Assembly (NCBI GenBank): GCA_001643675.2
Contig: LSRY02000029.1
Span: forward strand, 558,001 to 622,000
Origin: Monocercomonoides exilis PA203
Lineage: Eukaryota > Protista > Preaxostyla
Direction of reading: 5' to 3'
Length of the DNA stretch: 64,000 nt
Shown here: piece after piece, positions 35,601-45,289 of the stretch
Layout of the letters: every line of letters begins with the position of its first letter
How positions within the stretch are numbered: position 1 is the first letter of the stretch
Made by a program: the position numbers and the translations under genes
Notes under the pieces: model-generated
Database searches by the model: none
What the model was told of the DNA's origin: nothing
The model's input: the letters and a program-made list of their open reading frames with translations, nothing else

Positions 35601-38600
35601 ATATCTTCGAAAGTGGAATTTTTGATTGTTAACAAATATGTTCCTGAGGAACTGACGATAAATGCAGAACTTGTCAAATTTGAGTTACGAAATGTGCTGT
35701 TGTTGATTGTTGTGATGTTCCCTGAGTCGACAGATATCAGCCCATTGCTACAAGATGTTGTCATTCCGTTCATATCCAAAGAATTAAAATCTGCAGAGGC
35801 ACTTCCACTGATAGCAACAAATGGTTCATTGTCAAAGTTTAACTTCTGTGCAAGAGGAACTGCAAAGTTGCTGATAGATAATTTTCCGTTAGTGATCTTC
35901 ACAAGGCAATACGAAATAGAAGCTCCCAAAACAGCTGGTATAGCCTCACAGTTGGACATCGACAATACATTGGCATTCGATAGAATAAAGGCACTCCTCC
36001 CATTCAAAGATGCCTCAAGCACAAATTTGATTCTGCTGAAACTTGTCTCCACAGAATTGATCAAAAGCCCTTCATTCTCTTTCACTTGTGATGAGCCAAT
36101 GTTGATGGGTGTGTTGTCTTCTTCAACATCAAATGCATACGATTGACTGTTGAGGAGCGTTTCTTTTCGGAAGGAGAAGGAAGGCAGAAAGCGAATGATT
36201 CTCTTCGCATTGGTAAATCGCGCAGCTGAAGCGCCTTCCACACTCTGGCACGGATAATCGCGATATCCGCAAAGGCGATAGTCTGAATCAGTGGTCTGCC
36301 CCGACACATAAGCAGGAGATGAGAAGTTCCTCAGAAACACAACAAGCGGGATGACTATGTTTTGATCTACGTTCTCCGTCCCGCTCAGTTCATCCAGATC
36401 GGTCGAATCAACAGCAACAGAAGGGTTGAATGCCAGCGTTGCTGTGTTGATAACCTTTGACAAATTTTTGCTTTCAATAAATACTTTTTTCCCTTTCCAT
36501 CCATTGCAATTGGAAAACTGAAGCATTTTGAGCTGGAAATCATCGGCTCCCTCCATAACATGAATATAGATTCCTCCTCCTTTTCTCTTTTTCTGGCTGT
36601 CTGTGGGAACAGTGCATGTGTCGAACAGGCAGTCAGAATCTACTCCAATTTGCGCATTGCTAAGTGCATTCAGCTCCAAATACAGCGCTCCTCCATTTCC
36701 ATCCAAGCACTTGCAGTTCTTCATCGAAACATTTGAAAGAACAAAGCTTTCTTCTGCTTGAACTGCCTTACTGAACACTGAGCCATTGCCTATCTTGCGG
36801 CTAATCATTGATATCTTCACATTGCTCAGAGCAAGATGTGCTTGCTTTTCTGTGGTAAATAGCGATGTGCTCTCAAAAACCACTGATGATATCTCGCAAC
36901 TCTCGAGTCTTGCCTCTCCTTTTGTAAGCAAAAAAAATGGTGCACTAAATGCAGAAGAAGTTGATTCTGCCTTTAACGAGCACTCGTTCAGCACAAGCAC
37001 AGAATACTCGTTGTTCTCAGAAAATATGCATTTATCTGGGGAAGATGTCGAGCTGTGAATAATCTGCATTCCGCGCATGTCCAACGATCCACCAAGAAGA
37101 GTGCAAAATGCGCCACTTGATGGATTCGTGAAGATTTTAACACTTGAAGAAGAAGTGTTCTTTTCAATGGTCATATGTTGGAACCCAACAGAAAATGAGG
37201 ATTCAGAATACTCTCCTGAATATAGCTTGACTGTCTTGTGATATGAGTTTATCCACTGACAGCATGAAAAGCAAACTGTGTGGCATTCGTTTGAAACATC
37301 TCCACATCCATCAATATCTCCTGATGTTCGCTCAGGATTCACATAAATAACATTTCCAGATGGATTTGGAAGGAAAGCATTTCGCTCTTCTCCGCTTGAA
37401 CAACTTCGAAATCCACTGGTGCACATCCATACTCTGTTTTGGTTGCTTTGTGAAAAGCAAAGCTGAAAGCACGATGAGTTTGTGAGATTAAAATAATGAT
37501 CTGTGAATGCAATATCTGTTCCTTTGGGTGCAGTATTGTTAATAAAAAAACTATACCTAAAAGAAACTGGGTTAACAGACCCGCTGATATCTCTCATAAC
37601 AAAAATAGCTCCTCCAACATTAACAGCTGAATTTGAATCACAAAGCCAATCAATTGCAATAAATGATGAAAAAGTTTGATATAATGCGATTGCTCCGGCT
37701 TCACCAATTCTGCTTTTGCTTTTTATCATTTTCAAACTTGTACAACACACAGGAGATGACGATCCAGCAATTAAACCCACTCCACGATAAGCACCTTCAC
37801 ATTCTGTTGAATTCATATCGGTAACAGTTACAGAACTAAATAAGTTTTCAATTCGCATGACTCCTTCTTGAGCAATTGCATTGCATTTTTCCGCAGTACA
37901 ATTCTGAATCAAAAGAGGTCCAACGTCAGTCATGTGAATAACACCTCCATAGCCATTGGGATGAGTATTGTTGCATCTGTCAAAGAAGCAATTTTTAATC
38001 GTGAATGATTTCGTGTTGGAAGCACAAATTGTTCCTCCTTTTGGTTGAGACGTTTCAACGTTGAATGTCGTTTGTTCAATAACAACATCCCCGTCGGAGC
38101 TACTGAAAACTTGTCTGTTTTGTTCGGTTACTGTACAAGCTAAAAACGAAGAATTGAGACAGAAAAACGATGATGTGTAACCTCCAATTGTGAGTACAGA
38201 GCAAAAGGGATTTTCAACTCCCAAAAAATTGCACCCAAAAACAATGCTCTCTTTCGATTTCAAATAAAGCTGATGCTCTTTATCAGTAGTTTGGAGATGG
38301 CTGATATTTTTGAAAAAGCAATCAGAAGTTTGAACGCAATCGAAATCTCCCGAGGCAAGAAGAGGATTGCTCATTTGAACAACAATTGAAGAAAATGATG
38401 ATGATTGTACAATCAGTGAACTCTCATTCCACAAATTCACCATGCTGTTTGACGCAATGTTTTTGTGTGAAAAAAACGAAAGCGACAGATTAACAAATTC
38501 AAGAGCGCTGCACGAAGAATATATTGGCTCTTTTGAATATTCCCTCAAATGAATAATACATCTGTATATTCTGCACTTTGAACCATGCTGCACATTAAAA

Positions 38601-38908
38601 AGTGCATTTCCCCCTTTTCCATGCAAGCATAATTGTGAAACGGATAGTGAAGAATTAATAACTTGGTTAATAGATGAAATAACTCCTATGCCAACGAGCA
38701 GCGTAGAATTCCAAGCAGTTGAAGATGTAGAAAATATTTTAAAGAAAAATTTTTCCGTGTTGCAGGAGTCTTCTATTGACTCTCTGCTTTGAGAAATTGA
38801 AAATGGAGAATATTTAATAATTTCGTCTTTCAGCAATTTATCGTGAATGTTGCACCATTCTTTCCTTGCCTCAAAAAATGTTAATAATAGTATCAAATAG
38901 ATTTTCAT
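26678..38908 (-). CDS. Giant (4076 aa) intronless single-pass receptor-like protein, copy B: signal peptide, 8 Cys modules with beta-helix-like repeats, TM helix, TKL-like pseudokinase
   Basis: Single 12.2-kb ORF with hydrophobic N-terminus MKIYLILLLTFF and recurring GGAI/GGG and FxxN motifs. Modules: DGCGDVSNEC, RLCGYRDYPC, SVCGFAEYAC, RMCGVSIYPC, ENCGPKRNPC, IGCGKAETPC, MRCGSTDDPC, RQCGTYALPC. Same TM and WKAPE tail as copy A. Confidence 0.9.
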   Translation of the reverse strand: MKIYLILLLTFFEARKEWCNIHDKLLKDEIIKYSPFSISQSRESIEDSCNTEKFFFKIFSTSSTAWNSTLLVGIGVISSINQVINSSLSVSQLCLHGKGGNALFNVQHGSKCRIYRCIIHLREYSKEPIYSSCSALEFVNLSLSFFSHKNIASNSMVNLWNESSLIVQSSSFSSIVVQMSNPLLASGDFDCVQTSDCFFKNISHLQTTDKEHQLYLKSKESIVFGCNFLGVENPFCSVLTIGGYTSSFFCLNSSFLACTVTEQNRQVFSSSDGDVVIEQTTFNVETSQPKGGTICASNTKSFTIKNCFFDRCNNTHPNGYGGVIHMTDVGPLLIQNCTAEKCNAIAQEGVMRIENLFSSVTVTDMNSTECEGAYRGVGLIAGSSSPVCCTSLKMIKSKSRIGEAGAIALYQTFSSFIAIDWLCDSNSAVNVGGAIFVMRDISGSVNPVSFRYSFFINNTAPKGTDIAFTDHYFNLTNSSCFQLCFSQSNQNRVWMCTSGFRSCSSGEERNAFLPNPSGNVIYVNPERTSGDIDGCGDVSNECHTVCFSCCQWINSYHKTVKLYSGEYSESSFSVGFQHMTIEKNTSSSSVKIFTNPSSGAFCTLLGGSLDMRGMQIIHSSTSSPDKCIFSENNEYSVLVLNECSLKAESTSSAFSAPFFLLTKGEARLESCEISSVVFESTSLFTTEKQAHLALSNVKISMISRKIGNGSVFSKAVQAEESFVLSNVSMKNCKCLDGNGGALYLELNALSNAQIGVDSDCLFDTCTVPTDSQKKRKGGGIYIHVMEGADDFQLKMLQFSNCNGWKGKKVFIESKNLSKVINTATLAFNPSVAVDSTDLDELSGTENVDQNIVIPLVVFLRNFSSPAYVSGQTTDSDYRLCGYRDYPCQSVEGASAARFTNAKRIIRFLPSFSFRKETLLNSQSYAFDVEEDNTPINIGSSQVKENEGLLINSVETSFSRIKFVLEASLNGRSAFILSNANVLSMSNCEAIPAVLGASISYCLVKITNGKLSISNFAVPLAQKLNFDNEPFVAISGSASADFNSLDMNGMTTSCSNGLISVDSGNITTINNSTFRNSNLTSSAFIVSSSGTYLLTIKNSTFEDIKRTTGNGSCVNLNGRNSYASSFTASNCTFTRCKVTENGKGGGAIATHLNSQTALILELSTFTSCQAPKPNLGSSGKGGAIQIIFDEANAKFVLSKSLSFISNTAEHGDDVFACSLHLEWCVISTTFQFFNQEAPFSLESCAGIDSQWPNVIIPLVFYLLPRKAGVYVSKEGNDVSVCGFAEYACKTIEFSMFQSEDSVQLIILPNYEFEEVVSLSSANEILIEGKALETKMKMIGTQSSTANAMITVSQTSTFRYLDFYLQPSIPSLQSSVFLECSANVMLHLEDCSALTEQGEEKCSFGFLVVAEGSFAMTRFTINSIGFQSVEVIKVHNEGSGSIDSCTWTNVTSAVDTGIISYSSAGTLNIRNTTINQSASSCCSFVEDKHGKSLVVENNTLSGIIKNEGNGSVIKAEIGESESLELNDISVDCCSSVSGCGGGVFISTSSSAKVRIGKEGTTTSFARCSAKGTLPECGFGGGIFLKHADCLADLVLAAMSFGTEGDGTSNEAEGGGSNVFVEGYNLDKIITNQSFKFDINKESTAEFGKLCSFEDGNISYAIPLVVFLLTFEPPAIVGGSFGFDYRMCGVSIYPCATIPFAISKRFPAPDSSGASIRLTADFSFKSAILFNTQPTEVIAEQIGAVFDVRSDGVGEGAGLLFSSVNVKFSEIVFGLPCSFEEPSRTSLFLCSSATLTIDRCEFQNSSSSAVEYRIIYVTNGKVELNGCSINELAMGNAEIIALDGSNAECAIEGIETSILSKEGDGALILVARGKKLNIENSSIENVTLPNSNHISINSLSNGFLKNITFGNLTRTNGDGAVISGGIGSNEELEVENCLFSRCSCYSARTIGGCVLMDVEEGGVFRFERNKVEFCIVSSGDGFGGGLFLTFASSHIDYSMRNNTFENNGAFRGKDAYVVCEEPGALIVLMYWNGSVSEEAAPERFWVRSPFESIDGGSTMIDFLFPPQTSFVFVDGAVSAVENCGPKRNPCASVELGFQKMDSSHSIIQLEGNTPIDAIVNRHGISLTVQSNTTTKAMIFGRNGKFELVEGTRSTTLTFSKLCFVLPSSPNPSPEMSSLVEVSIGQCSFLDCTFEQGSSSNSNPSKWIASGEGGVVHFASCTLGGIPFQSGGIASIEGASLSLESCSFSSVSSDAPNGLIVGRDNCDITLKNTEFVNCETRNGHAMEIICPKSVHVSGACTFDGCSSIKGDGGILNCILEAEGSLIVNKTSIVTCEVNQINGRGGGIYFDLKGSTNNYLFSGITFSRNEAFEGKDMFVRCADLNASIIPSLFDFEYFGEDERPKVDLKGRDETHFMSASADLLYFLVKFSSSTISVGSAGIDFIGCGKAETPCHSLWRGVNNLEASSESQTCSVEVMDEVLISECFAFELAELQIGFSSSAALRSFAKLIVSQTASGSNPSIFSSRNSLTFSLVEFHLPSLFTSGQSALFSSTDGYLTLNSTFLCSNTTVLEYILLLSKGGTVQLLNVSISSVTFSSCPIALSSYVTLENCCFRNINTPSSIGGGAVSANLERSDLLRVKNCETELCKCSIKNGKGGFLYADCSKSTATAPLRFEGEMTFERNDAQLGKNIFIASTELNSSVTLTAFAFSFESMKEDSNAFVGIEGESEELDLFRYLVSYHAASIFLSEDGEDVMRCGSTDDPCRTFWKGMQQIDEEEIVKVIIINRTTPVANTFNLSSFTIRSSSLDEDEDYKSILSFREKSGEMSDPFLRCEGELSLKLITLVIESSFNNSASELILCENGALSFEKCSFETEGISSGKREILCNFVTCIKGKLLLAEVSMESASIGKSSIAIGSVTCIANNFTCTFVNISDGSIFEFVESIEMGKGMNSDEKSKFLMNESVITSVTRADNGASVIDCQRDRDISIDVSGTTLSDCKAVESQKGGVAFIKLPEEGSFSVLNSTMIRCCCSNEGKGGAFYIDATGSGSLHFLFQSATFTGNTAKVGNDIYVSCHNISEQINETQFKFDLREGIYVRQNAIYGMDKTDHREDTNLLDFITIYQADTIIVSSLHENRGRNDRQCGTYALPCLSLDYAIAHVTADFESHVVVDGASVIESEIGLDNVLLSSRSRYVGNVTIHSIATGLTDAVVTTLNAVSIMNLCFSFEADFLCPHSTFISPQSGIVELTNCSFSSAASLPLRSLFDFSKGNGSINSCIFNSLILRSSVIEASASCSVMISFCQFGTINSGGTLINCEKCRDLLMMHTSFANNSLSLSSANVPSLLAGISIGNLTLSNCSFIGKKHTLEKGILAVVSQCPEVLLDLCTFNGCNDFEMKNERSSKTEELCNWNGSLIDMQKSRVVMKDTTIANSSDGGASVEGGSVVIEKGEFVGNNPWIVGYTSARRNIVCREMGEVNVMSVKGGDGQEKNGSLWMLNEGCTLSGIVEERKASLFVPTLESVAVEEEGAELKVTFKGQLLLPCNLSFRVVAAIRSEALVVRYEFESEGFVSEDEAWGKIPSKSIREAEEEAEVSASILFGEKEAPSSTEAIILKNKSEPQSKGDNIVAEGGKEEKSSWAVICVIFVVLFVIVLVGFIVFVVRWRKWKEEAQKYKEIVEDTVKKDPKAFEMVTMEMSPEEQWRRAEREAEKKNDERMKKRVYENSLGHSESSEHLLSESGSTEYILGRDSDKIPDWALEKEEEETRKQTPSPSISSTSTTSTTDSDSTFVRGEDMCPTTSSMSNLVDAMACSSPHEKLIVDLRDSLFMLLHGKNEKKEMAIGSLKEREMTTAQILFWVANLALHSFDEMDNPLSSLTNLSPHIVLFSEHMVICIVMHSDLLSDDDSDSTSISSSTVVTSASDDDEEDSLPSSAFEDEDYYKKECLRWKAPELLMNKNMGATKQSVAFSIGMMLWECLTLQIPFGDYEAVTAGDKITKGERPNASAIRKSVFFEAVKVCLSGEASARPTLVELKRLFIQHFPKGAAMLTISDAIDFEDESEEKENSKVSLLLVSGSEEVDKREN

Positions 38909-39433
38909 TATGTTACAAAAACAACAGTTTACGAAGGTCTTTTTGGATTCTTCTTTTGATCATGCCCATTTTAATATTAATAAGAATTTGTCTTTCAGAT
39001 AGAAAACACATTATTTCATGTTTTCTTTAAATTTGATTAAAATTCATAATGTTTAAAAGTCAATAATTAAGAATTACAAGAAGTTTTATATTTTTGGTTG
39101 TTGAATACACTTTTTGGTTTGTCGTAACTTTTATAACAACAGTTTTTTTTATCAAATTCTTTATTTCGCAGGGAGATACTTGGATAATAGACTTTCATTT
39201 CTATTCTGAAAATAGTTTAAATAATATTTTCAGTAAATCTCCAAAAATTCTTTGTGCTTTCAATAATTTTTTCACAAAAGAAAAGTAGGACTGTAATTAG
39301 TATGATGATATCACTCGAAGTGCAGAAAAAATAAACGGAAAAATCATATAAAATAAAGCATGTTTGTAAAGTCAAATAAGTTTTTATTTTTGAAAGGATT
39401 ATTTGGGAGGGAAAAAATAATATCTTATAAAAG

Positions 39434-42400
39434 CTAAATTCTTCCTTGTGTCACTTTGTGCATAATTAAAGATATAACTCTCACATCTCTTTTGAGTGCA
39501 TTTGCCTGAATAAGAGGAAGTTGCTCTTTTTTCTTCCCAAGAGGCAATCTTGTCTTGACCATTTCTTCGTTAAAGGCTGCTTCATCAATTGAATGCAGCC
39601 GAAGCACCCTCCTCAAAGCAATGTCTTCCACTTGCACTTCACATCCATCTATCATCCACTCCCAATCAGCTATTGCCTCTTTCGCTTCTTCCGCTTCCTT
39701 TGCTTTCTCTTCTGATGCCTCTTTCTCTTCTTCTATTAGTTCTTTCTTCTCTTCTTCTTCTTCTTCTTCTTCGGTTTTAAAGACTCCATCAGGAAGATTT
39801 GAATATAAATCATTTTGTTCCACAACTTCAACTTCGTCTGCACTTTCATTGTCAAGTTTGTCAATCTCATCATCCTTCTTATCTGATGCATCGTCAGATA
39901 GCAGACTGCCTTTGCTCATTTTAGATGATTCATCTTTTGGCATCACATTGGACGAATCAGCACTAATTTCATTGTTCTTCAATGTTTTCATTTTGGCTTT
40001 GCCTTCTTCTTCTTTATCATCATCATCATCATCATCATCAAAGTCATCTTCTTCAATTCGCATCCTTTTTTTTCGTGGAAAGGCGCTCTTTGCTTCAGAA
40101 AGATATCTCTTTTTCTTTGTGCCCTTTTCATACTCACTTAACTCCATCGGTTTAACTTCATTTTGTTCTATTTCATCAGAATCCTTTTCGAATTTCTCTT
40201 CCATTTTTCTTTCATTTGCCCGCTCTTCTTCTTCTTCTTCTTCTTCTTCTTCAAGCAATTCGATTTCTGGATCAGCAGCATCTCCTTTGCAGCAATCACT
40301 TTCTGCTTCTTCTTCTGCTTCTTCTTCTGAAGTTCCAGTTTGTTTGTCTATTTCATCGTTTTCATCTTTCGTTTTATCTTCACTACAGACAGTCTCATTT
40401 TTCTGTTCAATATCATCTTCAGAATTAATTGAGTCCAAATCAGAGTCTGAGTCTGAGTCTTCACCAGCGTTGTTCAATTTCCACAAAGGAAGTTGATCAT
40501 CATCGTCTTCTCCATCAGACGCACATTCTTCTGCATCTTCCTCTTCCTTTCCTTCTTCGTCTTCGTCTTCTCTTATTTGTCCAATTGGAGGTGAAAAAAT
40601 TCCGTTATATGTGGCTTCTGTTACTGTTCCGAATTGCTCATCTTCCTTTTGTGAAATGCTTTGAATCTCGTCTCTGTTGAAATTACATTTGTTGTTGTGC
40701 TCTTCATTTGCTAAGACTTCAAAATCCTGTCTATCTTCTTTATGTTTTTCCATGTCAACTTCTTCCATTTCATCCAAAAGATTCATATCTTCCAGTGAAA
40801 CCTCCTTTTTCATGTTTTCACTGCCTTCCTCTTCTTCTTTCTTGGATTCTTCTTTTTCCATAATCCTTGCAGACAACGGCGATACAAACATGAGTGGAGA
40901 GCGAGGTGAGAGCACATTGCTGACACGCGATGACTGAGAGAACAGCGCAGGCTGAGTGTAACCTGAGTGAGAGTCTGTCTGTGACTGGGAAAGGATGGAC
41001 GAAACAGAACGAGAAGAGCGAAGAGTCTTCATCTTCGACTTTGAAGCATACAGTTCGTATCTCTGGGAGCTTGTCTCTCTCACATCTTCGCCCACAATCG
41101 ACTTTGAAGTTGCTCGGTTAAAAGTTGATTGGTTTCCTTTCATCTGTTAGCGTTTGCATTCAACATAAAATAAAATTGACAATAAAGAAAAAAAAATTAG
41201 TTACGAAATAATAAAACTGCTTCAAAAGTTATGTTGATAAAAATGAATAACAAATTATTTTTAACTCTTTCTTTTCATTCTAAGTTCTTTTCCATGTGTC
41301 TCATACCAGAATATCCATCGTATCGCTCCTTGTATCAATGCGAAGCTGAAAGAGCTTTCTCAAATCTTCCTTTGAGAAGTGCTTGACAGTCGATGCAGAC
41401 AGATTCCCGCTTCCAACAGACGAAGAAAACTGACCCAAACTTTCTCTCTTTTTCGCTCCGTCCATCATCACATCTTCGCTCAGGCCAATCTTCATCAGCT
41501 GGCGCTGGAGGATCTTCTCTTCGATTGTGCCTGTTGTGATGAGGCGATAAATGTGCACCACTTTCTTCTGCCCGTGCCGATGCACACGCGCCATCGTCTG
41601 CTGGTCGGTTGATGGATTCCAATCAGGCTCAAAGAGAACTATGCGATTTGCTGCCATCAGATTGAGCCCAACTCCGCCAGCTTTGGCAGACAAGAGAAAC
41701 AGAACTTGACATTTGCAGAAATAATCGCAATAAAAGAGCAAAAGCAATGAAGAGCTTTTATTTTTTTTTTCATTGAAATTATTATTACACACATATTTTA
41801 CTTCCTGGTTGTGTGAATTTGCTTATGGCTTCTTGTCGCTTTTTTTCTGAAGTGTTTCCGTCTAACCGCACAAATGAGTACTTTCTCTTCAGACAAAGTG
41901 CAGATATATAATCAAGCATCTATAAAGAATAAGCACGATGATGAATAAAAATTATTAATTAAAAAATACACAAAAAGAAGAAATCATGAAATAAATAAAA
42001 GATAATAAAAAAAAAATTTTTTTTGAGATCTTTTGAAATGAAATATCTTTGTAATTGAGCAAACTCTAGTAAACATTGACGAAATAACAACTTTGTCATC
42101 TGGATACATTTGATGTATTTCGTGTAGCAAGCAATCTAACACCACAAGTTTGGCTTCATTTTGAAAAAAGAAGAAAATTAATGAACGAAAATTATCCGAA
42201 TTCCATGAAATATCAAAAGAATATATACACATTAAACATTTAATAAAAAAGGTATTATTTAAAGCACACAGGAATAAGTGATGTTTGAGGGATCTATTTG
42301 TTTCATTTCCTCTTCACTCACAGTTGATCGAAAGAGTGCTGTGTATGGATGCACTTTGACTCCATCATCTTGGCTTTCGTTTTCTGCCTCTGAATATTCT

Positions 42401-45289
42401 TCTTCTTCGCTTCCATTTTCATCGTCATCTTCACCTTCTTCATTCTCAAGCCTGCTTTTCATTCCAGGTTTCTTTGCTCCTTTTTGATTTGCTCCTCCCT
42501 TCGGACTGATTCCTATCTTTCCTTTCTCTGTGCTTGCACTTGTCTTGCTGAATCTTGACTGACAGCTCGAACTTCCTTGCTTTCCATATGAAATTCTAAT
42601 CGGCTTTTTCTTTTTTGAATTTTTGGCTTTTTCTTCTGCTTTTTTGAGATTCAGCTCATTTTGATCCACTGCCACAAGCCCTGGATGGTTTGAGAGGAAT
42701 CTAAGATACACAATCAGCAGCAATGCAGATGCCGTTGAGGAAAAAGCTTCACCCACTTTCATCGTCAGCACACGACGATATAACTCCTGCTGGACAGAAG
42801 ACGGAATGCAATAGATAATGTTTTCGTCTGAAAAGGCAATAATTTTTTTTTGACAAATTGAAATATTGAAATCGAAGTGAATAAGAAGCACACGTTTTGG
42901 TGGAAGCGAGATGACTTCCTTCGTTCTGCGCAGAATGAAACTGGATGTTCTCTTGGCTAATTCTTCCCTCAGATCAGCTGCTCTTTCGCGATCCTTCTTC
43001 GACGAGTTCTTTTCTTGAGCCAAAGTGATTGGCCGAGCAAAGACATGCTTGAAGACTTGATACTGTCCCAATGATTCTGGATTCACAAAGTCGCACATCG
43101 ACCAAAACTCGTCTGAAAATTGTGCATTTCGCGGTTCATCGTCAAAAGCATTGCATTTAAAATAATCACGGAATATTTCGGAATTATAAATGAAAGAAAT
43201 ATTAATATATATTTAAACAAAGTAATTCGAGTTAAGAGAGTTTCATCGTAACACAAAATAACAATTAGTGATATACCTAAATTGTTCTGAATTGGAGTGC
43301 CTGTGAGGATTATCCTCCGTCTTGTGTGGAGAATCTCCAAAGATTCAACAGTTTTCGTTTGGCGGTTTTTCAGCCGATGTCCCTCGTCACAGACAAGAAG
43401 TCCCACTTTTGCTTTTGCCAGCTTATTTGCATACTTTCTGAGTGACTCGTAGCTGATCACAATCACATCCAGCATCGATCCTTCGATGAAACGTGTCAAA
43501 ATGCTGTTTGAGACAGATCCGTTTCCGCAATTGGAAATGTAGCCGACTCTTATTCTGTTTGAGCCAAGCCATTGCTTAAATTCATTTTTCCAAGTCTGAA
43601 TGGAACATTGAAAACAAATAAAGAGGAAAGAAATACAGTAAAATGTTTGAATTAAACTTCATTGAAATTAGTAAAATAATAAAACTTTCCACGTAAAGAG
43701 TGGAAGTCATAAGTGCAATTCATGCAAACACAAGTCATTCATACCGAAATGAGTGAAAGTGGGCAAACAACCACTGCTTTCCGAACTAATGGCCCTCCTA
43801 ATGCACTTTGCTTCAGCGCAGTCCAAATCAATGAAATTGCCTGCATCGTCTTTCCGAGTCCCATTTCATCTGCCAGAATGCATCCTCCGTAGCCAACCCA
43901 TCCTCCTTCATCTCCGCCTGTGATGCACTTGTACATAAACTTCACTCCTTCCACCTGATGCGGCTCAAGAACATTGGCAAGAACTGAAAGTTTTGCATTT
44001 AAATTGAAGGTTTCGTGATTATTCACAAAAGATAAAATTTTTTCGTTTATAAAATAAATATTTCCGAATTTTGATCAAAAAAATAATGCAAATAAGTCAA
44101 ACCTGGATCAATCACAACAGACACAAGTTTTCTATTAAAGGCATCTTCTTCTGGATGTCCCTCATTCACAACAATTGCTCCCTTGGCATTCGGATCAAAA
44201 AGTGGTTGAGCATTTTTCTGTGTGTTCATAATTCCTTTGCCATGAAGCATCAAAGAAGCTGAAAACGATAAATAGTTCGAGAAATAAAGACATGATTTCA
44301 TATTTATCAAAATCAACAAACTTTGCTTACTTGCTTTCATCGGAAGTCTGCTTATTAATGAATTTCCTTTTGTACTGGATTTTTCTGATTCGGAATCTTC
44401 ATTTTTATTAGAAGAAATTTTATATTTTGAAACAAGACCCTTTATCTTTCCCAAGTTCGACACAACATCAGTTGGTAACAAAGGCTGACTTATTCCAAAT
44501 TCAGAACTTGTCAGGAAAGCTCTTCCACTTTTCACTTCTTCAATGGAAAGTGGTGAAAGAAACTTTTTTCGTAACAAAAATGAAATATAAAAGTGTTAAA
44601 GCTCGTATATTAGAATCGCCAACCTCTAATTCTTTTTGTTGTACACGAAGCGTGCTTCCAGGTGTAAATTTCTCTGGGTTCTCGCAAATTATCTGCTTTG
44701 CAACAACTTTTCCTTCTAAATCATATAATGAATAAGTTTTCTTTTCAATTGTCAAAATTCCATCTTCGTAGACTTTATGCTTTTTGTTGGACACTTTCGT
44801 GAACATAACACGAAAGCAGTATTCCTTTGAGTATTTTTCTTCCTCGTCAACTTTTTTCTTCAAGATTTGTTCTCGATATGACAACTGTTTATCAGGCACA
44901 TCTGTCAATGCATGTAATTGTTCGCTTTTTGTTGAAGGGGATGTAATGGAAGCAATTTTGACTTCTGAATGAGATGATATTTTTGAAGAAAGACCGATTC
45001 TTCGCACAGACGGTAATGTGTGCAAAGAATTCTTTATAAGTGGCTTTGTGGCATCAGATAAATTATCATCATTAACATTTTCATGCTCTTCGTCAACTTT
45101 TTTAACGCTAATTGGAATCTTTTGTTCGTCTAATTCTGAAGAAATTTTCGAATTAGGTAATTCACTGTTATTTTGAAGTGTTTGAGGTTTTGCAAATGGA
45201 GGAACAAAAGGTTTTTTTAAAAGTCCAATTTGTATCTTTCCATTACTTAATCCACTTTTGATAGACCTTATTGCCCCCGTTCGAAGCAT
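39434..45289 (-). CDS. RAD54B: Rad54B/Rdh54-like SNF2 DNA translocase (multi-exon) with a long acidic C-terminal tail
   Basis: GCILADEMGLGKT, VVVCPLSL, CDEGHRLKN, LTGTPIQNNL, FILRRT, LLSAKAGGVGLNL, PDWNPS, QTMARVHRHGQKK. The N-terminal F.VMF.K.S.KKHK.YE.DG segment is typical of Rad54B/Rdh54. The last exon is joined in frame (DIL|MKGNQ). Confidence 0.8.

Noticed and set aside
39555-40496. 313-aa poly-Ser ORF on the + strand
   Set aside because: Antisense reading of the GAA/GAT-rich RAD54B tail.
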